From the human T2T-CHM13v2.0 reference genome, Homo sapiens: 64,000 nucleotides of DNA. The stretch is from assembly GCA_009914755.4 (NCBI GenBank), contig CP068257.2:15520001-15584000 (forward strand), in the 5' to 3' direction. The translations under genes and the position numbers were made by a program. Of the stretch, positions 41,686 to 53,760 are shown one piece after another (the stretch's first letter is position 1; each line of letters begins with the position of its first letter). The notes under the pieces were generated by a model. It did not search any database and had not been told where the DNA came from. It worked only from the letters and a program-made list of their open reading frames with translations.

Positions 41686-44600
41686 AAAGACTATTAAAGA
41701 TTAAAAATACTATTAAAATAATTTTAAAAAGCAGCTTAACTAATGAAATAAAATATTTACAAATCATGTATCTGATAGGGGAATTTTACTCAGAATATAT
41801 AAATAACTCTAAATCTCAATAATTAAAAAACATAATCCACTAAAAATATGGGCAAAATATTTTAGTAAACATTTAACTAAAGAAAATATACATGACAAGA
41901 GAATTTTTAAAAATCCTCAATAACATTAGTCACTAAGATAATGCAATTTAAAATCACAATGAGATTACAAATACAAATCTATTAAAATGGCCAAAATTTG
42001 AACCCCTGAACATACCAAGTGTTGGAAAGGATGTGAAGGAATTGAAACTCTTGTTTGCAGCTGGTGAGACTGCAAAATGGTGGGATGACTCTGTAGAGCA
42101 TTTTGGCAGTTTCTTAAATAGTTAAAAATACACCCACCATATGATCCAGCTATTCTACGTCTAGATAGTTACCCAAGAGAAATTTTAAAATATTTTCATA
42201 CAAAGATACATATGAATGTTTACAGCAGCTTTACTTGTAATAGCCAAAATTGAGAAGCAACCAAAATATCTACTATCAGTTAAGTGGATAAACAAACTCT
42301 GGGATATCTAACTTTAAAAATACAAAACAATAAAAAGGAATGTTCTATTGATACATATTACATGAACGAATCTCAAAATATGCTGAGTAAAATCAGCCAG
42401 ATTTTTGTAAAGTACATGCTACATAATTCTAGTCACATAAATTCTAGGCAGTGCAAAGCAAATAGCAACAAAAAGAACAGTAGTTGCCTAGGTGTGGTGT
42501 TAAAATGATTGGGACACAAAATGAGGAAAATTTGAGCACCACAATAATTAATGATAGTAATGTATTATAATACCTTTTTAAATGCATGACTATTTAAAAA
42601 AGAAAAAGTGACCAAAAAATTAAGAAAAGGAGAAAGAAAGCCTCTACTTTGGAAAAGAATGTCAGGTAGCAAATTAAAAATAAATGAGACAATCAGAAAA
42701 ATAACATTTTGCAAACTGCAATATAATGACTGAATCAGGAAAAGTCATCGATGAATGTAAAAAATGATTTATACTTCTACATATTTTATATTTTCACACT
42801 TGAAAAATGACTAACCTTTGTAAATCTAATAAGTTTATATTTGTTGATATTTCTTACCCATGTGTAGGTCTTCTTTGTTTGAACAAACTTAAACTTGCAC
42901 ATTTCTCTTGTAATACAAAGCAGTTCTGATAAAGGTATATTAAGCTACAAACACATGACAGAATTTTCTAGAGAAGACTTTCTTTGATACAAATAATTCT
43001 GGCAACAGTAAGCAGGTTATTTATAACTCCTGTTCTAATCTAGAAAATAACTTAGATCTCTGTTTCAAACACTTTTACATATTGAGATACACATTCACAA
43101 GAGTCAATAAAGAAAAATGCTTTTATACTATGTTTTCTGAGATTTTTGTGCTAATGACAACAATAAGTATAAAATCTTCTTCAATTTCTATATGTTTGCT
43201 GAGATTGAAGCAAAGAAATTGGTTGTTTATCTTCTATTCTTCTTGCTATCTTTGATAGCTGGCATTTCTTTCTACAGAAACAAAAATAAAGTAGAAAAAA
43301 CCCTCAAATGTCATTGACATGTTTTCAGCAGCTAAGTATGAAATTTAAACATTTCACCTCTGGCAATTTCAGTATTATTTTATATCAATTATCTAGGGAA
43401 TTACTTCTTTATTTAGCTCTAGGTATAAAAAGGAGTAAAATTCCTCCAGTGATTGAAGCTACTGACAGAATTCTGCTAGGAATTTTGAACATACATCTCT
43501 TCCTCTCTCCTTTCAGCAGCAAAGTACGTGGGGAAATTATGTCAATTATGAATTTTTCTGTTATACTTAAAATACATCCTAAGTTTTAAAAAAATTAAAG
43601 CTTGATGCCGCTGGAAAGTTTATTAGTTATTATTAAGAGCCTGAAATAAATGAAGAGGCAAGTCCACCAAAAACAAAAATCCAAAACACAGAAAAATAGT
43701 ATAACTCTTAAGAAAACAAAGTAGATTTTAATTATTTTTATTTTTTATTTTTAAAAGGAATCAATTAAGAAGAGAGAAGGATTTAGATTGTTTTTCTTTA
43801 TTTTTCCAATTTTTACTAAGAATATATTTCTCAGTTACTGCTTCCTATGTCTGCCCAACAAAGATAATTGGAAATTTCCTGCCAATTTAATCTAAGGAGA
43901 TTGTGTACTTGTTCAATGTACACCACTCTGTTTCCACACCAAATGGTCTCACATCAATTGGGCATATTGCATTTCAGTTACAACACTAAGTTATCATCAG
44001 ACTCCACAGGATTAAGGGCTGAATTTTGCACAGGATTGCTCTCACTGTAGATGCCAGCTGCTAGACTTTGGGGATCCTCAAGTCACCTGCACTTCTGACC
44101 AATTGGTTATTAATTCAGGAAGTCCCCATGACATACATAAGAGGACTAGACAAAGATATTGAAATGGCAAGGTCTGGCAGGGGATACAGAGCCTCTATGA
44201 CATCTCCCATGGAGTCAGGGCACATCACCCTCACAGCACATCTATTTGCCAACCAAGCAGCTCCCCTGAACTTCGGCATTCAGAGTTTTTATTAGAGTTT
44301 CATGTATTTAAGCGAGACTGATTAAATCATTGGCCATGTGATTAAACATAATTTTCAATCCCCCTTTCCTCTCTTGAGGTCAGGCTGGCCTTTCTGATGG
44401 CCAGCCCCCATTTCGAAGCTATCTAGGGGCCCATCATGTGTTGCACCATATCAGCATAACAAAGACATTCTTATACTTCATGAAATTGTAAGGATTTTAG
44501 GAGCTCCATGCCAAGAACTCAGGACAGAGACCAAATTCTTTATAATACTACATGTTCTTGGTGCCTTTGATTAACTGTGTGAAACACAACCTGTTCCCAC

Positions 44601-45468
44601 CATTGCCTATTGTCTATTATCTAATCAATAAGATCAAGCATATGACTTTACTCATGCAGGAAATTCTTTCCCAATAAGATAAAGTTGCAACTAATACACA
44701 GTTCAACTAGCTTCCTCTCAAAATAATAGATTGTTTATCAGTGTAAATGAGTCTTCCTGTGGACAATATACAACTCAAAAGGCCAAATTACTTGTTTATC
44801 AAATGACTAATTATCAAGACTTACTTTAAAACCCTCACCTTGATGTGTCAACTAATCCTAAACTATTACATCTTGCACATTGTCCAATTCCAACAACCGC
44901 CATTATTAAAAGACACACCTAAAGCCATATGCCAAAGGCTTATAATTACATGTCTTTAATCTCCCTCTTTCCAAGATACGATAAAATTCTTTCAAGAAGA
45001 TGGTCTTTCTTACTGCAGAATAATAAACTTTGCTAAATCAATTTATTATTTCAGTGGTCTTTTCAAGGAGCTGGCCATCAATAATAGCCACTGAAACTTT
45101 TCTTTCTGTAAAACTCCAAAAGGGTAGCCCTTCTCCCCTTGACCTAGCTTTCTAGAAAAGATTCTGATATGGAATATTGCTGATACTCAGACTACTGCTA
45201 TTTCTGTGATCAGGAAACTGTCCTTTCTCTCTGACCCAGGAGTCTAGTACCTACTGATGAAACTGTAAGACTATTTAAGCTTGCAGGTAAGGTAAAATCT
45301 TAGACCCTTCACAGTTCTTGATAATCTATTATATTAGAAAACAGGAATTAAAAATTTCTAGGTAATTTCATATGAGTGATTCTACTCTTAGGTGGCTATT
45401 TTATATGAAAAGACAAAATAGAAAATGGATTTGACACAAATCCATTAAGCTTAACTTTTAGTAGCGTT

Positions 45469-46505
45469 AGATCTTTTAATTTTTTTTATCCTATGATTCC
45501 ATTTATCTTGAGCTTATCATTCATTTGGTCCTTGGCTTTTGGTCTTTGTTTAGGGGCTGCAGAGGCTTCACTGGTTCATTTCTTTCCTTGGTGACATTGT
45601 CCAAAGACCAGGTGGTAGTCAGGTTTTTAGGTAGATTGCTGGACTCAGTATTATTCTGCAGCCCATAAGAAGAAATACTGTTTTTATCTCCTAGGTCACT
45701 AAAGGCATCTAAGTGTCTTGGTTGATTCTTCTGAACTAAGCCACTTAGTTCATTGAGTCTCTCCTTTCTGCAGGTAAGATGTCAATATTTACCCTCCTGA
45801 TTGTGGCTAGTGACCACACAGTATTACTCATGCATGGTTTCTAGGCATGGCCTTTCAGACTGGCAGGTAACTTCAAGGGACCCATGACTATGGCTTTTGC
45901 TTCGAACAAACATTTTTCTTCATTCATTACATACATCCCACAGCCCTTGAACAGTGTGATTGGGGGTGGGTCACTCATGATTTCATTCTGTCTTTCTAGA
46001 AACCACTATAACAACAGATTTGGATTTAGAGTAATCACTTTTAATGTTATTTTTGGAAAACTTTGTCTTTGTAGCCTTCAAAAACAAGATTTGGTGCTTT
46101 ACATTAGACTGTTTTGGGATGCTCCTCACAGAGGGTCTTTCTTCAGGACTTCCGTTCTGCACTGTTATTATCAGTTCTGCCAGCTCTGGGCTATAATCTA
46201 TTGGTATCTCTGGCAGCTTTTCTTCAATAATTTCATAAACTAAAGAATTGGTATTTTTACATTGAAAGTATGCTTTGGGTGACCATTTCACAAACACAGC
46301 ATCCCAGAGTCCAAACATCAGACTTATAGCTCTAGTGTTTGTTTGAGAATAATTGAGGACTCATGTAGTAAGGTGTGCCAGTGAGGGTACTAACCATGTC
46401 ACAGTTGCTATAGTGATCCAGGGTGGGGCACTGCCCTCAGACACTTGATTTTAAGTAGTCCATAGAATATCAAAGAAAGAGTTGGTCACCAAATACAGAT
46501 TTTTA
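45469..46505 (-). pseudogene. NEK4-like (NIMA-related Ser/Thr kinase 4) processed pseudogene fragment. It is intronless and covers roughly residues 150-470 of the parent protein: the kinase C-lobe (subdomains VII-XI) through the post-kinase linker. Frameshifts and stops are present, and an A-rich 3' end lies at 45469-45492.
   Basis: The minus-strand translation is continuous across what must be several parental exons: ...LKIKCLRAV..DHYSNCDMVSTLTGTPYYMSPQLFSNKH.SYKSDVWTLGCCVCEMVTQ.. / ...FQCKNTNSLVYEIIEEKLPEIPIDYSPELAELIITVQNGSPEERPSVRSIPKQSNVKHQILFLKATKTKFSKNNIKSDYSKSKSVVIVVSRKTE.NHE... / ...LTCRKERLNELSGLVQKNQPRHLDAFSDLGDKNSISSYGLQNNTESSNLPKNLTTTWSLDNVTKERNEPVKPLQPLNKDQKPRTK. Human NEK4 as I recall it reads ...IIKVGDLGIARVLENHCDMASTLIGTPYYMSPELFSNKPYNYKSDVWALGCCVYEMATLKHAFNAKDMNSLVYRIIEGKLPPMPRDYSPELAELIRTMLSKRPEERPSVRSILRQPYIKRQISFFLEATKIKTSKNNIKNGDSQSKPFATVVSGEAESNHEV...GFVQENQPRYLDASNELGGICSISQVEEEMLQDNTKSSAQPENLIPMWSSDIVTGEKNEPVKPLQPLIKEQKPKDQ. 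Confidence 0.6.
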
Positions 46506-46814
46506 AAATAAATGTAAACCATTAGCATATATAGATAAAATATAAAAATGAATGCAAATAATTTGGTTTTTCTAGAAAGCATCTAGTATTATGTTATTCA
46601 AAATAATATTGTTCACAGTATTTATTGTCTTGATCGAAATGTTAGTTTTCTTTTGACTTAATTTTAGTTTCTGTTTAATTCCTAGGAAGGCTATTGGTTT
46701 AAAGAAAAAGTCTTACCACTCAAAAATATGAGTTGATAAAGACAGTAAAAACCATGTGTTATCATCTTTGTGCAGTTTACAAGACACTGTGCCCATAATA
46801 ATACATTCTCAATA

Positions 46815-46990
46815 AAGAATAAAGGAAGGAAAAATATAAGAAAGGGAAGAAGAAATGGTGAAAAAGAATCATAAAAACAAAGATAAACTCATGAATCAAT
46901 AAAAGAGAGAAGAAAAGGGAAAAGTAAAAGAAGAAAAACATAAAGAGGGAGGGGAAGATCATGAAAGACAAGAAAAAAGACGAAAGATAA
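46815..46990. repeat. Purine-rich (GAA/AAG/GGA) low-complexity tract.
   Basis: 'aaggaaggaaaaatataagaaagggaagaagaaatggtgaaaaagaatcataaaaacaaagataaactcatgaatcaataaaagagagaagaaaagggaaaagtaaaagaagaaaaacataaagagggaggggaagatcatgaaagacaagaaaaaagacgaaag'. The minus ORF 46777-47040 is just its Phe/Leu-rich translation. Confidence 0.6.
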
Positions 46991-47199
46991 TTTTTTTCTA
47001 TAACACAACAGTAACATGGCAAGGAATTCTCAACTCTCAAGATTTACTGAAATTTTGACAGAACTCAGAGAGACTGTAGAATGTGTGCTTGAAACGTGAA
47101 TGAAGAAAAGAGAAACAAATCAGATAATGGGCATAAGGTAGACTCTTATCCGAATGTACAAAAGTGAGTGGGTATATTTTTTTAAAAATAAAGACAGTT

Positions 47200-47580
47200 T
47201 TATGGTATGAATGTGTCTCCCAAAATTCATATGATAGAACTTAATCACCAATGTGATTTTACCAAGATGTGGAGACTTTAGGGAGTTATTAAGTCATGAA
47301 AGCAGAGTCATCATGGATGAGATTAGAGCCATTAAAAAAGGGCTTGAAGGAGTAGGTTCTTTCTCTTCCCCTCTTCTGCGATGTGAGGACACTGCTTTCA
47401 AGGCAGTTCCAAGTTTCATCTTGGAAGCAGAGGCTGGAGCCCTCACCAGACACTAACCTGCAGCCACTTTGATCTTGGACTTCACTGTTTCCAGAACCAT
47501 GAGGAAATAAATTTCTTTATAAATTACACAGTCTCAGGTATTTGTTATAACAGTACAGATAAACTAAGAAAGACAATGAT
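47200..47580 (+). mobile_element. MaLR (MST/MLT1-type) solo LTR.
   Basis: 'ttatggtatgaatgtgtctcccaaaattcatatgatagaacttaatcaccaatgtgat...ctgcgatgtgaggacactgctttcaaggcagttccaagtttcatcttggaagcagaggctggagccctcaccagacactaacctgcagccactttgatcttggacttcactgtttccagaaccatgaggaaataaatttctttataaattacacagtctcaggtatttgttataacagtacagataaactaag' has the canonical MaLR LTR architecture. Confidence 0.7.
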
Positions 47581-47784
47581 TTTGCATCTATATCTTGAAG
47601 AAAATAAGGAATAGTATGTAAACAACTGTTTAAAGTGTTTAAAACAGTCTATTCCATTGAAACACTGTTACACATTAGAATATATTTTTATATTAATTTT
47701 TTCTCTTTTCTAAGAACAGGATCCTCACTTTGCATGGCCTAAAACCTCAATTTGCAGGAAGCAGTGTGGAGAGTGGTAGAGCAG

Positions 47785-48073
47785 CAGTCCCCAACCTTTT
47801 TGGCACAGAGACCGGTTTCATGGAAGTCAATTTTTCCATGAATGGAGGGGGTAGACACTCACATCATCAGACATTAGTTAGATTCTCATAAGGAGCAGGC
47901 AACCTAGATCCCTCACATACACAGTTCACAATAGGGTTCATGCTCCTATAAGAATCTAATGCCACCACTGATCTGACAGGAGGCAGAGTTCAGGCAGCAG
48001 TGCTCACTGGCCTGCCACTCACCTCTTGCTGTGCAGCCCAGTTCCTAACAGGCCCAGGGTTTGGGAACCTCTG
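47785..48073. mobile_element. Non-autonomous DNA-transposon-like element (MITE) with terminal inverted repeats. Family not confidently recalled.
   Basis: Begins 'cagtccccaacctttttggcacagagaccggtttcatggaagtcaatttttccatgaatggagggggtag' and ends '...gcccagggtttgggaacctctg', the inverse of the start. The internal 'ctcataaggagcaggcaacctagatccctcacatacacagttcacaatagggttcatgctcctataagaatctaatgccaccactgatctgacaggaggcagagttcaggcagcagtgctcactggcctgccactcacctcttgctgtgcagcccagttcctaacaggc' is a frequently seen human mid-repetitive sequence. Confidence 0.5.
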
Positions 48074-48633
48074 TGGTAGTGTCTGAGAAAGTAGATTTAT
48101 GATGCTGTAGAAGAAATGCCAATATAAAAGCTGAGATGATACTTAACTCCTAACAAGTAACCAGAATTTTGCAGCCAAACCATTGCCTTATAAGTCCTTG
48201 GTTTCTACATGGCCAAAAACAGAATCCAAAACTTAGGTAGAGTTTAGCTGGAGGGACTCACACAGAGTGACCATATAGCTACAGAAGAGCTCTGCAGTGA
48301 GAGCTGTTGAGTGCAGAGTCACAGTCATTACTCAGAGCCCATCCTTTTATCTCTTCATTCATTTAGTGACTGTGCATGCTCTTTGCCACTTGCTTTTACC
48401 CAGGCAACATTGTATAGTCTTGAAAATTCACCAACTGTCATCTCATATGTAAGCTCTTTTCTGATTCATCACACTGATTTAGAAGACTCTTGTCTGTACT
48501 TCCACGGCACCATGTGAAAAATATCTATTATATTCCATATTATACCATGTTTTAACTCTTCTTTTAAAGCTGTGCATCTTCCTCAATGACTGTAAATTTT
48601 TTAAGAGAACACACCATTTATAATTTCATGGCA

Positions 48634-48712
48634 TATACATATATATATGTATATATATATGTATATATATCTATGTATATATATATATATGTATATATAT
48701 CTCCATGTATAT
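48634..48712. repeat. (TA)n/(TATG)n-rich microsatellite.
   Basis: 'atatacatatatatatgtatatatatatgtatatatatctatgtatatatatatatatgtatatatatctccatgtatatc'. Confidence 0.85.
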
Positions 48713-51700
48713 CTCATTAAATGTTGAGTGAATAAAATCAGGCTATAATTCTGGCAAAGTATATTAATGTTTTTAAGACTTCAACAATATGGCTTTTTAA
48801 ACTTAAGCTGGTTTGACTGAGTTTTTTATATCCTTCAGAAGCTTAAAGTCTCACCATCTAGAGTTAAAAGGAAATGCTTTGTGATGGAATCTCCATTTTT
48901 TTCATGTAAATTCAACCAAATAATTTTAATTTTACACATAAGAGATATTTTGGTCTTCTAAAATGTATCTTTATTATTATGGAAGTGATTTTTTTCCTTT
49001 ACTGATTTTCTGGTTGGGAAATATGGGCATTTTCTTTTGTTTTGAACTTACTTCCTTTTCTTTACGTGGTGGATTCAGCCTAAACATAAAATAAAAGTTA
49101 AGAGAGATAGAATCAATCATCAGGGAATAAAACAGAGAAAGAAATCAACAAACATGTCCTTCCTTTTTTTTCTATGAATGATATAGTGAACAGAAATCAG
49201 GACAATAACAAGCAAAATGACTTAATGAATCCAAGTAGTTCTCTTATGTTGGCTTAGAATTATAGCATGTTGAATCCAATGAGTGATTAATATTCAATAC
49301 AGTTGTGAACGCTCCATGTATGAAAAATTGTGTATGGTATAATTCAGAAATAAAGGCCAAAGCTCCACTAAGTTAAAATTGGCTAGAGTTGCACTAGATT
49401 TAAACTATTAAAAAATTCACAAAACTTAACCCAGTTTTATATATGACACCCAAACTTTGCACTGGTCAAATTTTGTCTTAAAAATGTGAGGATTGGAGCT
49501 GTTTCTTACAACTTAAGCTATATGTAGACAAATAGCTTCATCAGTCCACATAATATTCCCATTGTTTTAATGTTGTGGGCTACATCTGGAGCTATCAGAA
49601 TAAATCTGAATACTGCTTCAAGCTGGGGGTGTAAGCTAACACCACAAAGAATCTGGCTCACTGTAGGAAGGCCAGGACTCGCAAAAGGCCAGGTGACAGT
49701 GAAGCAGGCTTGAAAGCATAAGAGTGTCATGTTCCTTGTTCATTTCATACCCTACTAATGTTTCCATTCATGTGTGAGCCCCAGCAGCAGAAAATCTAGT
49801 AGAACATAGAGATAGAGAGTGCCAACATTTCATCAGGTGAGCAGCAGTCATATTCAGATACCTTTCCAGTATAAGCGGGATCGGCCAGCATTCTGTAAGG
49901 AGAGGAGGAAAGAATAGGCCCTGATGCAGAGATCAGAAAGATCTAAGAAGATTCCCAGCCAAGAAATCAACAGCCACTTAGGGCCTTTGCTGAAAAGGAG
50001 GACAAGGGAATTGCTGAATTGTCCCCAATAGGATGTTTATGTTAGAGATTCTGAAAAAGAGCCAAGGCTGACTTATGGCAAGAAAGTCTTCCTACTGGAC
50101 TCTAGTGAATAATGTTGTGTATGTGAGAACTCTGCAGCAACTGCATCACAGAACGGTATCTCCCTCTCCCAATTCTGCTTCCTTCACCAGCCTACAGAGC
50201 TGTTTCTGAAAACACTCCTGTAGACTATCAAGTCAGTGTGTGAGAAGTTCTGTTATAGCACATTTATGTATTTTCCCTTTTCTTCCTTTCTTCTTTCTAA
50301 TTAGACAAACCTACAAAGGATTCGAAGTAGCTATGGAACACCATATAGGAAATTAAATACCAGCAGTTAGAAAAATCTTTCTTCCTTACTTACAACAAAA
50401 CAATGTTAATGTTAGCTACAGTTTTATTCTAAAGAAAAAAAAAAGAATGCAAATTTTATTTATTTTTGATCATTCAAAACATTTAAATCTATAACTGGTA
50501 TGGTCTCTGGAATCTAGACTTAGAATTTAAATTAGCTTAAAACATTATTTCTGCTAACTCTGCAGTATCAACATAATTACTAAGGAAAATTTAAATTTTC
50601 TATTACACTGTAATTTCTCCTCCATTCTACAGTGAGATAAACTGCAGCCTCTTAAGCTTTCAAATACACTAAACTTTCTAAAGTGAATTTTAAAAAGGAA
50701 AAACTGGATTATTTTAGCAAATCAATAATTATTTACAAGTAGATTCATAGATCAGATTAGACTAGATTCGACTGATAGATATAACACATTCATAAGAAAC
50801 CAAAATTGTTGGATTCAAATAGTAAAAGTAACTAAGTAGATAAATTCAGACTTCCAGATGAAATATGAATTCTTTATGAAATAATAAGATATCGCTATTT
50901 GTGGCAATAAAATTTGGATGCTAATAGCGCAAAGGAAGTTTTATAAATGAAATAAGCATGGTCAAAATTAGTCTAACACCTCTGACCACAACTCTTGTTT
51001 TTGTTGAAACACAATATAATTAAGCCAATACTGACCTGGAAATTTTATAGCTTGCCATTCATCTTCTCCAAAATAAATTGATTAATGCCTGAACATATGG
51101 TGATACGACAGAAGAAAGAAATCTATTATCACTGTAGTTACAATTCAGGTTTATTATTAAAACTGTCTGCATTGGAAAAATATGTATTTTTGGGTAATTG
51201 TTTCATGGATTATATCAATGTAGGTAAGGTATTAGGTTTTTAAAGATTTCGCTTAAACCTTATGCGATTCATTATTGGCAATTTAAATTACCTCGATAAT
51301 CAGTTTTCAATTACTAAATTAAGATCATTATAACATAGTCCAAAAAATGACAATTTAGTTTTAATAGGAAAGAAATAAACTGTCAACTAGGCATGTCTGG
51401 AGATATGATCAATTACGTTCAGTGATTTGACCAATATGGCTGCATGGGAAGAACATTTCTGACCCTTTTTGGTCAGGCCAAGTATTTTTTTGTCAATAGT
51501 TGTCAGTAGTTGATCTAAACACTTAAGAAAAGTGACATTTTACTCTGAAGATAATCAGCAAAATACAGAACAAATTATGGAGATAAATGTAAGTATATGT
51601 GTGCAGGAATACATCCTGAATATACCAAAACAGGGCACATATTTGCCTTTTTATAACTTTTTTTAAAAAAAGGAAAGTTGGGGATTAAGATGGCAGATAG

Positions 51701-52752
51701 GAGGCAGGACTAGCTTGCAGCTTCCGCTTGGACAGACAGAGCAGCATGTGGAGATTCACATCATGAACTTCTCCAAAAACTACGGCAGGAGCATAACCAG
51801 GAAAGCCAAGAGAATCCACAGACCCTTTGAAGGAACTGAATCACCAATGCAGGCTCCCTGAGATGCTGAAAAACTGTGAGTCCACTTGCTTTCTCAATGG
51901 GGAGGCTCGTGGTCTGGGGCAAGTTCTTAGTCCTGGTCTCCGGCTGCCTGAAAATCGATTCGGTGCTGTTTGGGGAACACAGTGAAAGTGAGACCAGTCT
52001 TTAGGACTGCAGGCTGTGTGAGAGCAGGGTGAGGCCTGTGACTGCCGGCTTTTCCCCACTTTCCTGGCAACCTGTATAACTCAGCAGAGGCAGCCATAAT
52101 CCCTCCAGGAATATAACTCCACTGGACTGGGAATCACACTCCCATCCCCCACAGCAGCCACAGCAAGCCTCACCCAAGGAGAGGCTGAGTTCAGACACCC
52201 CTAACCCTGCCCCCACCTGGTGGTCTTTCTCTACCTACCCTGGTAGCCAAAGACAAAGGTCATAATCTTTCGGAAGCTCTATAGCCCTGTCCACTGCCTG
52301 AGAGACCTGAATACTTAACCAGGGGTCCCTAGAGCAACTTTGCGTCCTCCCTATAGGGAGGCAGTTTTGAAAGTGCCACCTCCTGGCTGGAGGCCAACCA
52401 ACACAACACCAGTGCACTAAACAAAAACACAACCAAGGGCCCTCACAGAATTCACTTCACTCCCTTGCTACCTCCACTGGGGAAGGTGTGGATATCATGG
52501 CTGCAAGACCTGAAGATGGATCACATCACAGGACTCTTCACAGACACTCCCCAGTACCAGCCCGGAGCCTGGGAGCTCTGCTGGGTGGCTAGACACAGAA
52601 TATCAAAAACAGTCACTAAAGTTAGGCTCTCAGGAAGCCCCATGTCTAGGGGAAGGGGGATAACACTACATCAAGAGAGCACCCTGTGATAGAAAAGAAC
52701 CTGAGCAGCAGCCCTTGAATTCCAGATATTCCCTCTGACATAGTCTACCCAA

Positions 52753-53760
52753 GTGACAAGGAACCAGAAAAATAATTTTAGTAATATGACAAAACAAGAT
52801 TTGTTAACACCTGCAAAAGATCATATCAGCTCACCAGCAATGAACCCAAACCAAGATGAAATCTCTGAATTGCCAGAAAAAGAATTCAGAAGGTCAATTA
52901 TTAAGCTAATCAAGGAGGCACCAGAAAAAGGTGAAATCCAACTTAAAGAAATCAAAAACATGATGCAGGATTAGAAAGCAAATTTCTTCAGTGAAATAGA
53001 TAGCATAAATAAAAAACAATTACAACTTCTGGAAATCAAGGACACAGAGAAATACAAAATGCACTGGAAAGTCTCAGCAATAGAATCAAACAAGCAGAAG
53101 AAAGATCTTCAGAGCTCAAAGAAAAGTCTTTCAAATTAACCTAATCCAACAGAGACAAAGAAAAAAGAGTTTTTAAAAAAAATGAAGAAGAACTCCAAGA
53201 AGTTCGGAACTATGTGAAACATCCAACCCTAAGAATAATTGGTGTTCCTAGGGAAGAAGAGAATCTAAAAGTTTGCAAAACATATTTGAGGGAATAATCT
53301 AGGAAATATTCCCTGCCCTTGCTAGTGATCTAGACATTCAATAAAAGTAGCTCAAAGAACACCTTGGAAATTTATCACAAAAAGATTGACACCTAGGCAC
53401 ATAGTCATCAGGTTATCTAAAGTCAAAATAAAGGAAACAATCTTAAAAGCAGTGAGGCAAAAGGATCCAGTAACCTATAAAGGAAAACCTACCAGACAAA
53501 CAGCAGATTTCTCAGCAGAAACCCTATAAACTAGAAAGGATTGGGGTCCTATTTTTAGGCACCTTAAACAAAATAATTATCAGCCAAGAAATTTGTATCC
53601 AGAGAAACTAAGCTGCATAAATGAAGGAAAAATGGTCTTTTCCAGACAAACAAGTGCTTAGAGAATTCACCACTACCAAGCTAGCACTACAAAAACTGCT
53701 AAAAGGAGCTCAAAATCTTGAAACAAATCCTCAAAATACACCAAAATAGAACTTCCTTAA
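52753..53760 (+). pseudogene. L1 ORF1 (older subfamily), interrupted by stops.
   Basis: ORF 52753-52974 plus a frame-shifted continuation carrying the coiled-coil and RRM-like regions (...LTDIYRTF... follows in ORF2). Confidence 0.55.

Larger units (their letters stand above)
36600..42600 (+). mobile_element. Old L1M (L1MA/MB-like) element, heavily interrupted and internally deleted. It has 5'UTR/ORF1 at about 36600-38150, an ORF2 piece at 38600-38810, ORF2 pieces at 40209-40920, and the ORF2 C-terminus plus 3' end at about 41700-42600.
   Basis: The ORF1-like translation at 37450-38150 (...NICVFRVFHGKEKEEEKEQIF...KHYVQMKRHQDKSIFFVGNNASEKTGE...) aligns to L1M ORF1p (NIRVIGVPEGEEKEKGAEKIF...KRLITYKGTPIRLSADFSSETMQAR...). 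ORF2 fragments [15 protein letters not shown]..., ARLIRKKNNEREDTSYQHKK and NIIEMCILPSL.IQHNPNQNP. The C-terminus ORF 41589-41822 (...YLQIMYLIGEFYSEYINNSKSQ) and ...CWKGCEGIETLVCSW.DCKMVG.... The endonuclease domain and most of the RT domain are missing. Confidence 0.65.

Noticed and set aside
45884-46243. 119-codon plus-strand ORF overlapping the kinase homology.
   Set aside because: It is the antisense frame of the NEK4-like retropseudogene. The real homology is on the minus strand.
46777-47040. 87-codon minus ORF rich in Phe/Leu.
   Set aside because: It is a translation of the purine-rich low-complexity tract (a pyrimidine-rich antisense).
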